Below, one piece after another: positions 8,342 to 17,822 of a stretch of 64,000 nt of DNA. Each line of letters opens with the position of its first letter. Position 1 is the first letter of the stretch. Origin of the DNA: Nitrospirota bacterium. Lineage in GTDB: Bacteria; Nitrospirota; UBA9217. The notes beneath the pieces are model-generated. The model did not search any database, was not told where the DNA came from, and saw only the letters and a list, made by a program, of their open reading frames with translations. The stretch covers positions 1,696,001-1,760,000 of the forward strand of contig CAVTRN010000002.1 in the NCBI GenBank assembly GCA_963737155.1, in the 5' to 3' direction. Made by a program: the position numbers and the translations under genes.

Positions 8342-11191
8342 ATGAATTTAACTGACTACCATGCAAAATTCTTTGCCCATGAGCTAACGAAGCGTTGCGC
8401 TTCAGACAGCATTGAAAAACTTGCCGGCGCGTTGGTTGATGCCCAGGTGGACCTAAATCCCCATCAGGTGGATGCTGCACTCTTTGCCTTCAGGTCACCG
8501 CTCTCAAAAGGGGGAATCCTTGCTGATGAAGTCGGGCTAGGTAAGACCATTGAGGCCGGGCTCGTCATATCGCAGCACTGGGCTGAGCGCCATCGTCGCA
8601 TTCTGATCATCACGCCTGCTAACCTTCGAAAACAATGGCACCAGGAACTGCAGGAAAAATTCTTTCTGTCCTCGATAATCCTTGAAAGCAAGCCTTACAA
8701 CGAAGCAATCAAAAACGAGAATTTCCGTCCTTTTGAATCAGACAAGATCATTATCTGCTCCTATCAGTTTGCACGCGGTAAAGCAGCAGATGTCAATGCT
8801 ATACCGTGGGATCTTGTTGTGATCGACGAAGCTCACCGATTGCGCAATGTGTACAAACCGTCCAATGTTATCGCAAACACGTTAAAGCAGGCACTGATAC
8901 ACACGCCTAAGCTGCTCCTCACTGCCACGCCGCTCCAGAATTCGCTCCTGGAGCTATATGGTCTTGTTAGTTTCATCGATGAGCACACTTTTGGCGATCT
9001 CAAGAGCTTTCGCGAACAGTACGCTAATTTGAGTGATGAACGCACATTCGCAGCGCTCAAGGCACGCCTCAAACCGATCTGCCACCGGACCCTCCGGCGT
9101 CAGGTGCTACCCTATGTGCGCTTTACCCAGCGATATTCCATAGTTCAGCCATTTACTCCAGAGGAGAGCGAAGACCGGCTCTACAATTTTGTTTCCGACT
9201 ATCTTCGTCGCGACAACCTGCAAGCCCTTCTATCAAGCCAAAGGGCACTCATGACATTGGTACTCAGGAAAATCCTCGCTTCCTCGTCCTTCGCTATCGC
9301 CGGTTCTCTCGAAACTTTAAGTAAGCGTCTCCAACTCCGAATTAAGAAACAGGAACCAGAAGCACCCCTTTCGGACGAACTCGACAAGGATTACGAAGCC
9401 CTTGGGGAGACAGCAGATGAATGGGGAAATGGAGAACAAGAGACGCCGTTATCCGCCGAGGACAGAGCAGCCATTGAACAGGAAATCAGTGATCTCGAAA
9501 GCTTCCGACAGCTTGCTCTCTCCATTGATTACAATGCTAAGGGAAGAGCACTTTTAAAGGCGCTTGAAATCGCATTTGCCAAAGCACGAGAAATCGGAGC
9601 CGAAGAAAAGGCTATCATCTTCACTGAATCTCGCCGCACACAGACCTATTTGCTGCGCGTACTTGCCGAAAGTCCATGGAGTGCAGGTGTCGTCCTGTTT
9701 AACGGCACAAACAACGACGAAAGCTCACGTCAGATATACAAGGACTGGTTCAAAAAGTATGAAGGCACGGACCGTGTCACTGGATCGCGCACCGCAGATA
9801 TGCGATCGGCGCTTGTCGATTACTTCCGGGAAGAAGGCAGGATCATGATTGCCACCGAGGCGGGCGCAGAAGGTATCAACCTCCAGTTCTGTTCTCTTGT
9901 TGTAAATTACGATCTACCCTGGAACCCCCAGCGCATTGAGCAGCGAATCGGTCGTTGCCACCGCTACGGCCAAAAGCACGATGTTGTGGTCGTGAATTTC
10001 CTGAACCGGAAAAACGAAGCGGACCAGCGCGTTTTCCAGCTACTTTCGGAGAAGTTCATGCTGTTCGAGGGGGTCTTCGGCGCAAGCGATGAGGTTCTCG
10101 GTGCAATTGAATCCGGCGTGGATTTCGAGAAGCGTATTGCCGACATCTATCAGCGATGCCGCACGCCGGAGGATATAAAGGCATCGTTCGATCAGCTTCA
10201 GCTTGAGATGAATATCCAGATCGACGAGGCCATGACGCGTACCCGTCGCCAGCTGCTTGAAAACTTCGATGATGAAGTACGAGAAAAGCTTCGTGTGAGC
10301 GATGAAAGTACCCGACAATACCTTAATCGCTATGAACGTTTGCTTATACAGCTCACGCGATATGAATTGGGCAATCATGCGGAGTTTTTGGATGATTCGT
10401 CCTTTCGATTAAAATCTTGCCCTTTTCATGGAGACATCCCAATCGGCCTCTATGAGTTACCCAGACGGACCGGTGAAGCCCATCTTTACCGACTAAGCCA
10501 TCCGCTGGCTGCCAGTATCCTTGAACAGGCTAAGGTGCGCAACGTTCCTCCTGCTGAGATAATCTTCGACTATAGCGGACACGAGGGTAAAGTTAGCAGG
10601 TTGGAGCCTTATATTGGGAAACGTGGGGATTTACTTCTCAGCCTCTTTACAGTCGAATCACTTGACCAGGCCGAAGACCATGTGCTTTGTTCAGCTATTA
10701 CCGAAGATGGTCAGATTCTTGAGGAAGAACTTGCACAAAGGCTTTTGTCTTTGCCGGCGAAAGTTGTTTCTCCGTTGACAGACACCCCGAATAGTGACAA
10801 ACTAAAAGCGCTGACAGAACAACGCCAGAAAGCTATTCAAAAAGGCATCTCCGAAAAAAATGCGAAATATTTTGAGATCGAGGCGGAAAAGCTGGACGGG
10901 TGGGCGGATGATCTGAAGCTTGGTTTGGAGCGGGAGATCAAGGACCTTGACCGGCAGATTAAAGAGACCAGGCGCACAGCAACAGCAGCATTGACCCTGG
11001 AGGAGAAGCTTGTTGGACAGAAACAGATCAAAGCTCTTGAATCACAGCGAGGCCAGAAACGTAAGTCATTGTTCGAGGCCCAGGATGAGATTGATAGGCA
11101 ACGGGAGAGCCTAATAAGGGAGATTGAGGGAAAGCTAAGCCAAAAGGTTGAGCTGGTCAACTTGTTTCGCTTGCGGTGGAGGCTGACATAA
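8342..11191 (+). CDS. SNF2/RapA-family helicase associated with type III RM
   Basis: LADEVGLGKT, DEAH, LTATP, EGINLQ, DLPWNPQRIEQRIGRCHRYGQ. Confidence 0.92.
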   Translation: MNLTDYHAKFFAHELTKRCASDSIEKLAGALVDAQVDLNPHQVDAALFAFRSPLSKGGILADEVGLGKTIEAGLVISQHWAERHRRILIITPANLRKQWHQELQEKFFLSSIILESKPYNEAIKNENFRPFESDKIIICSYQFARGKAADVNAIPWDLVVIDEAHRLRNVYKPSNVIANTLKQALIHTPKLLLTATPLQNSLLELYGLVSFIDEHTFGDLKSFREQYANLSDERTFAALKARLKPICHRTLRRQVLPYVRFTQRYSIVQPFTPEESEDRLYNFVSDYLRRDNLQALLSSQRALMTLVLRKILASSSFAIAGSLETLSKRLQLRIKKQEPEAPLSDELDKDYEALGETADEWGNGEQETPLSAEDRAAIEQEISDLESFRQLALSIDYNAKGRALLKALEIAFAKAREIGAEEKAIIFTESRRTQTYLLRVLAESPWSAGVVLFNGTNNDESSRQIYKDWFKKYEGTDRVTGSRTADMRSALVDYFREEGRIMIATEAGAEGINLQFCSLVVNYDLPWNPQRIEQRIGRCHRYGQKHDVVVVNFLNRKNEADQRVFQLLSEKFMLFEGVFGASDEVLGAIESGVDFEKRIADIYQRCRTPEDIKASFDQLQLEMNIQIDEAMTRTRRQLLENFDDEVREKLRVSDESTRQYLNRYERLLIQLTRYELGNHAEFLDDSSFRLKSCPFHGDIPIGLYELPRRTGEAHLYRLSHPLAASILEQAKVRNVPPAEIIFDYSGHEGKVSRLEPYIGKRGDLLLSLFTVESLDQAEDHVLCSAITEDGQILEEELAQRLLSLPAKVVSPLTDTPNSDKLKALTEQRQKAIQKGISEKNAKYFEIEAEKLDGWADDLKLGLEREIKDLDRQIKETRRTATAALTLEEKLVGQKQIKALESQRGQKRKSLFEAQDEIDRQRESLIREIEGKLSQKVELVNLFRLRWRLT

Positions 11192-11382
11192 TGACACCTG
11201 ATGAAGAAATAGCCGCCAATATTCTCAGTCAATTCAAAGAAATTAAACTTCTTTCAGATGATGCTATTAAGAAATTGGGAGATTCATTAGCTAAAGGACA
11301 AATCAGTGCTGAAGAATGGCGGCTTGTATTTGAAACTGATCAGCCCATGACGGGGGACGGCGATGGCCACAAAGATAACTAA
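11191..11382 (+). CDS. small hypothetical protein (63 aa) coupled between helicase and ATPase
   Basis: TAATG overlap with the helicase stop; overlaps the ATPase start by 20 bp. Confidence 0.7.
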   Translation: MTPDEEIAANILSQFKEIKLLSDDAIKKLGDSLAKGQISAEEWRLVFETDQPMTGDGDGHKDN

Positions 11383-13738
11383 GATCAACATGGCCGGTTT
11401 CAGAGGATCAGTTACGCCTTCTGAAATTGTGTTAGATCCGAATAAGCCTGTTACCTTGATCTTTGGAGAGAATGGAACAGGGAAAACTACAATTGCAGAT
11501 GCCCTCGATTTCACATGCAATAAGTCGTTCGGCTCACTCGATAATTACAGTTTTGGACAAGGAGCATCCGCAAAGAAGTTCGTTCCCTCGATAGGATGTA
11601 AACCTGCAAGCTTAAGTGTGTCAGTTACTTGTGGTGATAAGAAATGGACAGCTATATTGGCAAAAGACGGCCCTTCTGTTTCGCCCACTACAGATTGCCC
11701 AGATGCACGCATCCTGAGGAGAAGGACAATACTAAAGCTTATCGAAACTCAGCCAAAGCAGCGTTATGAAGAACTGAAAACCTTCATCGCTGTGCCCGGT
11801 ATTGAAGCCTCTGAGAATGGCTTGCGAAAAGCTATCGATAATATTGATCGCATGTTCAATGAAGCTGTGCGCGCTTTATCTCAGGCAACTGAAGAATTGG
11901 ACAAACTATGGATTGCCGAGGGGAAGCCCGAAAATACAGCGGTCAAATGGGCAACGATCGAGTCTAAGAAGGATGTAACTCAACTTCAATCCAACGTGAT
12001 AGCGGCTGACAATGTGTTGCGGTTACTGCAGTTATGCGACGAACCCCTTGCTGCTTTAGATAAAGTTCTCGAAGAACAAAAGGAAGCTGAAGTGGAACTT
12101 AGCACTGCGGAGGCAACGCTAAAAGAAGCAGAGGCAAAACATGCTGAACAAAATGCAAACCTGGTAAAACTTCTTCAAGATGCAAAGAAATATATTGGTC
12201 AGCAAGAGGTACTTTCGAGTTGCCCTGTATGTGAGAACAAAATAGATTCGGCAATCCTGATAACCCGTCTTGCTGAAAGAATTACACAAATGCAAGAACT
12301 GGCTAGCCTGATGGATAGCGTTACTGCGGCGCGGCGACAAGTTGATGGGAAGAAAACTCTGTCAGCACAAGCGCAAAAGAACTTCTGCTCTAAAATAAAA
12401 TCCGCAGGAACCGCTCTTAAGGGTTCAACACTTAAAGAAGTTCTATCGCTAGGAATAGATTGGCAAGAGTTTGACGACGTTCTATTACATGAAGAGTCAG
12501 ATGACACAATAGAGCTAAAGTGTCGCTCATTCTGGGCAATAGTGTTACCCTGTCGCGAGCCGATTCAGGCGCTAAAAAATGCGGAACAAAAGTCTGTAAA
12601 CCAGCATAACGCAATAGCAGGCCATGTTGATACGCTGAAAAAAAAAGCTGTTGATGCCAAGAATTATGAGATATTAGTATCTAAACTAAAGAAGGCGCTG
12701 GACATAGTCGCGACTCAAAGAAAGACCTATATAGAAGGGGTACTTGCAGGAATCGCCACAGAGGTTGAAGCGCTTTATACTAAACTGCATCCTGATGAGG
12801 GTATCGGTGCGATTAGATTCTATCTTAAACCGAATACGATCGGTTCTCTCGAGTTTGATGCTCGGTTCCAAGATGTTGAAGAAGTTCCACCGCAAGCATA
12901 TTATAGCGAGTCCCACTTAGACACTCTTGGGATATGCGTATTTCTAACGCTATCAAAACGTTTCAAAACGAAGAATACTGTTATCGTGCTGGATGACGTT
13001 TTAACCTCGATTGACGGTCAGCATCTGCGGAGATTTATGGATTTACTACATAAGGAGGCAAACCTATTTAATCAAGTTATTGTGACGACCCACTATAGAC
13101 CTTGGCGTGACATGTATCGGTGGGCAAAGGGTCCTGCTGCAAATACGCAATTAATAGAGCTCGGTCCTTGGACCTTGACAAATGGATTGCAAGTTCGACA
13201 ATTCTTTACTGCAGTTGATGAGTTGCGGGCCGAGCTCGAACGACCAAAAATTGATCGTCAAGCCGCATCATCTAAAGGAGGCATTGTTCTTGAGTCTCTA
13301 CTCGATTTCTTAACGCTAAAATATCGCAGTCCACTGCCTCACAATTTGACTAATGAATACACCTTGGGGGAACTTGCTGCAGGTATCGATTCCAAGCTCG
13401 GGAAAGAACTGCGCGTTCGAAAACCGTTAGCATCAGGTACAGGGATATCTGAAACAAACCTGAAACCCCTGATCGTCATTGCCACAGGCCCCAATTGGAT
13501 TCGCAACTGTGTGGGATGTCATTTCACCAAACTTGGAAGCGAAGTCTCAGATCAGGATGTTCTCGCTTTTGCTAATGGTGTCTTAGCTCTTGCCGATCAA
13601 TTAATATGTGGATTGTGCGGAACGCTTCCGACTAGAAGACCTTCGGGAAGTAACTGGCAATGTAAGTGTGGCAAACTCGAACTATATCCACTCGTATATC
13701 CAGGGGCAGATCCTAAAACTGTTGATGATGAGAATTGA
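11363..13738 (+). CDS. RloC-like SMC/Rad50-type ABC ATPase with zinc hook, C-terminal HEPN-like motif and Zn ribbon
   Basis: Walker A GENGTGKT; coiled coil with CPVC; YSESH signature; VLDDVLTSID Walker B/D-loop; VTTH; RNCVGCH (R-x5-H); CGLC...CKC. Confidence 0.75.
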   Translation: MATKITKINMAGFRGSVTPSEIVLDPNKPVTLIFGENGTGKTTIADALDFTCNKSFGSLDNYSFGQGASAKKFVPSIGCKPASLSVSVTCGDKKWTAILAKDGPSVSPTTDCPDARILRRRTILKLIETQPKQRYEELKTFIAVPGIEASENGLRKAIDNIDRMFNEAVRALSQATEELDKLWIAEGKPENTAVKWATIESKKDVTQLQSNVIAADNVLRLLQLCDEPLAALDKVLEEQKEAEVELSTAEATLKEAEAKHAEQNANLVKLLQDAKKYIGQQEVLSSCPVCENKIDSAILITRLAERITQMQELASLMDSVTAARRQVDGKKTLSAQAQKNFCSKIKSAGTALKGSTLKEVLSLGIDWQEFDDVLLHEESDDTIELKCRSFWAIVLPCREPIQALKNAEQKSVNQHNAIAGHVDTLKKKAVDAKNYEILVSKLKKALDIVATQRKTYIEGVLAGIATEVEALYTKLHPDEGIGAIRFYLKPNTIGSLEFDARFQDVEEVPPQAYYSESHLDTLGICVFLTLSKRFKTKNTVIVLDDVLTSIDGQHLRRFMDLLHKEANLFNQVIVTTHYRPWRDMYRWAKGPAANTQLIELGPWTLTNGLQVRQFFTAVDELRAELERPKIDRQAASSKGGIVLESLLDFLTLKYRSPLPHNLTNEYTLGELAAGIDSKLGKELRVRKPLASGTGISETNLKPLIVIATGPNWIRNCVGCHFTKLGSEVSDQDVLAFANGVLALADQLICGLCGTLPTRRPSGSNWQCKCGKLELYPLVYPGADPKTVDDEN

Positions 13739-13864
13739 ATAAGGAAAATATGCTGAGGGAGTAGAAAGATGTCACTCTATACCAGAAACGAACTGCGCCA
13801 AAGAAGGCAGCGGTTAGCAGCGCCTGCTCACAGTCGTTGAATACAGATATAGGATTATGTCGCT

Positions 13865-14725
13865 ATGACAAATAACAACAAGGTCGTATTGTTTGTAGAT
13901 ATTCTCGGGTTTGCCTCATTAACGGAGTCATGCCCGCTTGATCTTGATCTCTTGAAAGCACACGACAGACTTTTTGCCAATTATGAAAAGATTATGGCCT
14001 CACCCGATAATCAATTGATCCGTACTTTTTCAAAGTTTCATTCATCTCTTAGGTCGAATCTTAACCTTGCAAGCATGGAGCACTCATTGACTGCCATTAC
14101 ATTCTCTGATTCAGCTTTTATTACGACGACGTACGCTTATGAAGCTGTTAATATCGCGATTAGTCTCCAGCAATCATTGCTCTGGCAGAAGGTCCCGGTT
14201 CGAATGGGTATCGCTTATGGTTCGTTTGCAGCACTGAGGTTCAGATCTGACATCAGCGCCGATGATGGGGATCACGCGGCTCAATTCCTCGGGACTGGCA
14301 TAGTGCGTGCACATGCTGCAGAAACCTGTGGGATTAAGGGGCTTAGAATCTTGCTCCACCCATCAATTATACCCCTGTTCGATAATACCCGCCATAACCC
14401 TAAATCTCCCGATGAGATGTCGCACCCGATGCGTTATCTCGAATGTCCGGAAAAAGATCGGACTAAAAATAAGATTGGTGTGCACAATGAAATAGACTTC
14501 TGGCATTTCAAGCCCACAAAGGAAGCCGACGTATGGCACGCATTTCAAGACATGTGGAAGGACGCACCGGAATCTGAATATGAACACTACGAAGAAACAG
14601 CAGAAGCCATCAATCGAATGAGGATAGCCCAGGGCTATGAGCCCTTAAGTAACTTACGACGTCGAATTTTGCCGAGGGGCGTTACCAAGTCAAGTAAAAA
14701 CATTTCCACCGGCAAAATGAATTAA
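13865..14725 (+). CDS. stand-alone class III nucleotidyl-cyclase-like protein
   Basis: VLFVDILGF (first metal Asp), TFSDS (second Asp), VRMGIAYG, FLGTGIVRAHAAE, GLRILLH, in cyclase-fold order. Confidence 0.65.
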   Translation: MTNNNKVVLFVDILGFASLTESCPLDLDLLKAHDRLFANYEKIMASPDNQLIRTFSKFHSSLRSNLNLASMEHSLTAITFSDSAFITTTYAYEAVNIAISLQQSLLWQKVPVRMGIAYGSFAALRFRSDISADDGDHAAQFLGTGIVRAHAAETCGIKGLRILLHPSIIPLFDNTRHNPKSPDEMSHPMRYLECPEKDRTKNKIGVHNEIDFWHFKPTKEADVWHAFQDMWKDAPESEYEHYEETAEAINRMRIAQGYEPLSNLRRRILPRGVTKSSKNISTGKMN

Positions 14726-14788
14726 CTATGATGAACAAATAATATAAACGCGAACCACTTTGGAAAAGACCAAGGCGGAGATATACAA

Positions 14789-15361
14789 GTGAAGCTCAAA
14801 TTACTGCCGTCACTTTTGATTTTTATAAGTTCATATTTTCCATTGGCACTGATCTTTTTGATAAAGGATTTAGATGCCAAAACCTATTATCCGCAGCATC
14901 CATATGTAGCTGGGGCGGTCACCGTTGTAACATTGTTGGCCTGCTTCAGTGCCATTTTTGCCGCTCGTTCTATAAATGGCGGTGTTCCAGTAAAGATTGT
15001 AAGGATATCCAATAAATCTGGTGACATGTTTACGTACACAATTCCCTACATGATTTCATTCTATAATTTTACGCTAGGAGATTGGAAAACACTGCTAAGC
15101 TTATTGGTGTTCATGATTTTGATGTTTGCACTGGCTTATAGAACTCAAAACTTGCTGGTAAACCCAGTTCTCGCCTTGGCGGGTTACGGGCTTTATGATT
15201 GCCAGTTTAAGGATGGCGCTACGGATAATCAAGGCTTTCTATTATCAAAGGATGAATTCAGGGTCGGTGATGCATGCGTTATAGAAAGGCTTTCAACTTT
15301 TCTATATTTTGTGACAAAAACCATTCCAGCGGAGAACGGTCATGACAACCAAACCAGCTAA
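14789..15361 (+). CDS. kwaA: Kiwa anti-phage membrane protein KwaA-like
   Basis: Four predicted TM segments; SSYFPL, YTIPY and NPVLALAGY motifs; overlaps the kwaB-like gene. Confidence 0.75.
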   Translation: MKLKLLPSLLIFISSYFPLALIFLIKDLDAKTYYPQHPYVAGAVTVVTLLACFSAIFAARSINGGVPVKIVRISNKSGDMFTYTIPYMISFYNFTLGDWKTLLSLLVFMILMFALAYRTQNLLVNPVLALAGYGLYDCQFKDGATDNQGFLLSKDEFRVGDACVIERLSTFLYFVTKTIPAENGHDNQTS

Positions 15362-15612
15362 AAGGATAGCACATCTTCGCAAGATCGATTTTAAATCGTG
15401 GCATGCTACTCTCTGGTTGATAAAGCGACATCTAGTGAATAGGGAGGCGGTATACTCTGTTCTTCGCGTTGATATTGATAAAAAATTGCAAGTTAGACTT
15501 AAAAAGTCGACCACTGATAAGGTGCAAAACAGCCAGTATAAACTAGAAGAGTACTCATTTTCGACAGCAGACCAAGACGAACACGCTTTTACGATGGATA
15601 CGACCGAAAATG

Positions 15613-17136
15613 GACGAGGTCAAGCTTTTAGTTGAAATTATCTGAGTGGCCCGTTCCCTTCGGCTAAAGTATTTTTATCGGTTCAACGGTGTAAATCATC
15701 GCTGTTTATAAAATCGGATTCGTAGGATCGCCATATGTGAGTTTTCTGAGGCCGAGCCATACCTAACCATCCCCCTTTACGCAGCCTCTTTGACTGTTAG
15801 GTCATTTAATTCTTCCGCTTCGATCCGTTTCATCACGTCCGCGATGAAGGCGTGGCCCTTGATCTTTCTGAATCCTTGTTCAGCATATAAGAGGACAGAA
15901 GCGAGCCAGCGCTGCATCATCTTGCTGTCGCGGTAGCGCTTTATATTGCCTTCTGCTTTTCTCACCGTGGAAAACATGCTCTCGATAGGATTGGTAGAAT
16001 GCAACGTCTTCCTCAAGAGAGCGGGGACCTTCAATCGATGAAGGGTGAGAATGTCTTCTATCGCTTCCATGAGCGAATCAGCCGCCGACTCATTAATGCC
16101 CCGAAGCCATTTCTCCATGTCCAGAAGCATCTGACGAGCGTCCGCGTAATTATTCTGCTCCAGGGCTGTCCGGAACCTCCAGTGTGCGCCTTTCCGGTAT
16201 TTCTTCGGCAAATGATGCTGTATATTCCGGTCCTTGTGGATCGTGCACCGCTGATGGATGAGTTTCTTACCGAAGCGATCCCGGAGTGCCTTGATTACGC
16301 CCTTGCCGCCATCGGTAACCCAGATGATTCGTCGTGAAAGTATCAGACCCCGCCGCTCTATATCAGAAAACAGCTCTTCACACAGTTCATGGTTCTCCGT
16401 CGCCCCCTGCCAGAACCCCAATGTCTGCTTCTTTCCGGCAATATCAAGCCCCAGCGCCACGATGAATGCCTCTCCGCCGCGGTGAACAGTGTCTAAAAAG
16501 ACCGCAAAGGGAACGAATGACGTGAGTGACCGTTCCTTAAACTCCTGAAGCTGTTTTGCTGTTGCCGCGACGATATGGCTCGATACCGTGCTGGCGGACA
16601 CTCCAAATGCTCGTGCCGTATCTACAACTGTCTCCGCATACTTCCGGCATGATATGCCCCGAAGCACCTTTCCAAGCAATTCTTCTGCGAAGACTTCCGG
16701 TTTTTTCATCTTCTGATAGCTCTGCAGTACAATCTCACCCGCCGGACCTCGAAGCCGAGGGTGGGTCACCGGGATCTTCTGATCGCCGATATAGACGGAA
16801 CCGCCCTGGCTAGCCCACTTCCGCAGATCGGGACTGTTAGGCTGGTAGTCGGGGCCGGCAATCTCCTCCCGCTCGATGTACATGATCGTCTCTGCCATCA
16901 TTCTGCCCATTTCCTTCATGCATTCATCAAAACCCTGTTTCCCTTTTGCGAAGACACAATACATCTGTTCGATGATCTCCCGCCTTCCGTATGCCTCTTC
17001 AATTCCTCGTATTGCCTTTTTTCTCTTCCTTGTGGTATCCTTCATTGAGTGGCTCCTTTCTTTTTTCTCTCTCTACCGTGGATTATGCCACGGGGAAGCC
17101 ACTCTTTTCAATTTCAACTAAAAACAGTATAACCTG
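15613..17136 (-). mobile_element. IS256-family insertion sequence (1524 bp)
   Basis: 8-bp TSD CGAAAATG at 15605-15612 and 17137-17144; imperfect TIRs sharing TTTTAGTTGAAATT. Confidence 0.92.
15777..17045 (-). CDS. IS256 (Mutator-type) DDE transposase
   Basis: VFLD, VTDGGKG, HQRCTIHKDRN, STNPIES motifs. Confidence 0.93.
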   Translation of the reverse strand: MKDTTRKRKKAIRGIEEAYGRREIIEQMYCVFAKGKQGFDECMKEMGRMMAETIMYIEREEIAGPDYQPNSPDLRKWASQGGSVYIGDQKIPVTHPRLRGPAGEIVLQSYQKMKKPEVFAEELLGKVLRGISCRKYAETVVDTARAFGVSASTVSSHIVAATAKQLQEFKERSLTSFVPFAVFLDTVHRGGEAFIVALGLDIAGKKQTLGFWQGATENHELCEELFSDIERRGLILSRRIIWVTDGGKGVIKALRDRFGKKLIHQRCTIHKDRNIQHHLPKKYRKGAHWRFRTALEQNNYADARQMLLDMEKWLRGINESAADSLMEAIEDILTLHRLKVPALLRKTLHSTNPIESMFSTVRKAEGNIKRYRDSKMMQRWLASVLLYAEQGFRKIKGHAFIADVMKRIEAEELNDLTVKEAA

Positions 17137-17822
17137 CGAAAATGATTTTATCAAAATTCAACGAGAAATTGAAAAAGGACTTCAAAACAAGAAGGCGCAA
17201 ACATATGAAGAACTACTCAATTCATGGGCGTATGTAACCAAGCTTGAACATGATGGCGCGACTGTTTACGGCGTGAAAAAGATTAACGCCATAACGAAAG
17301 CCAAAAAAGTTTATAGTGTCGCCACATTATTATTTCAAGATCACTTGTTGGTTGACCTTGCTGATAAAGAAGTGTTAACTATACCAACAGACCTAGATTT
17401 TTTTGTCTATGATGGGACAACGTTCATTACTAATAAGAAGGCTTTTGAGAACACCTTGAACTTTCGCAGAGGAATGGAAAACAACCGAGACCTTGTTTTG
17501 GAAGAATTCGGATCACTTCGGTTATTTAGCAGCATTGAACCTATCAAAAAGATAGTTGGGTCTAATCTTCATTTATTGAGGATGCTGTCTTCAATTCAGA
17601 AGAGTGGCTACTATAAAGACAAAGTATACATGGAAAATCTGATCAAACTTAATGAAATAGAAAACTGGCAACTTGTTATAAACGATAATCAAATTGTTGT
17701 GACTGAAGAGAATGTAGAGCTTGTGCTCACATTGCTTAATAATAACCGTCTTAAATCGCCTATTAATCAGGAAGTATTCGATGCACAAGTTAAGAAAAAG
17801 GTCAGTTGAATAGGGTAGCGGA

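Larger units (their letters stand above)
15342..17809 (+). pseudogene. kwaB: KwaB-like (DUF4868) gene interrupted by IS256
   Basis: Removing the IS and one TSD copy joins 15342-15612 to 17145-17809 in frame (..MDTTEN|DFIKIQ..), giving 311 aa with LDFFVYDG..KKAFENTLNF and LLNNNRLKSPI motifs. Confidence 0.8.

Noticed and set aside
13865-15361. Canonical Pycsar or CBASS
   Set aside because: The neighbouring TM protein is KwaA-like with no cNMP-binding or SAVED domain, and the enzyme lacks CD-NTase motifs.
16991-17144. N-terminus of the 272-aa ORF 16991-17809 as a real gene start
   Set aside because: It lies inside the IS256 end and TSD; only 17145 onward is kwaB sequence.
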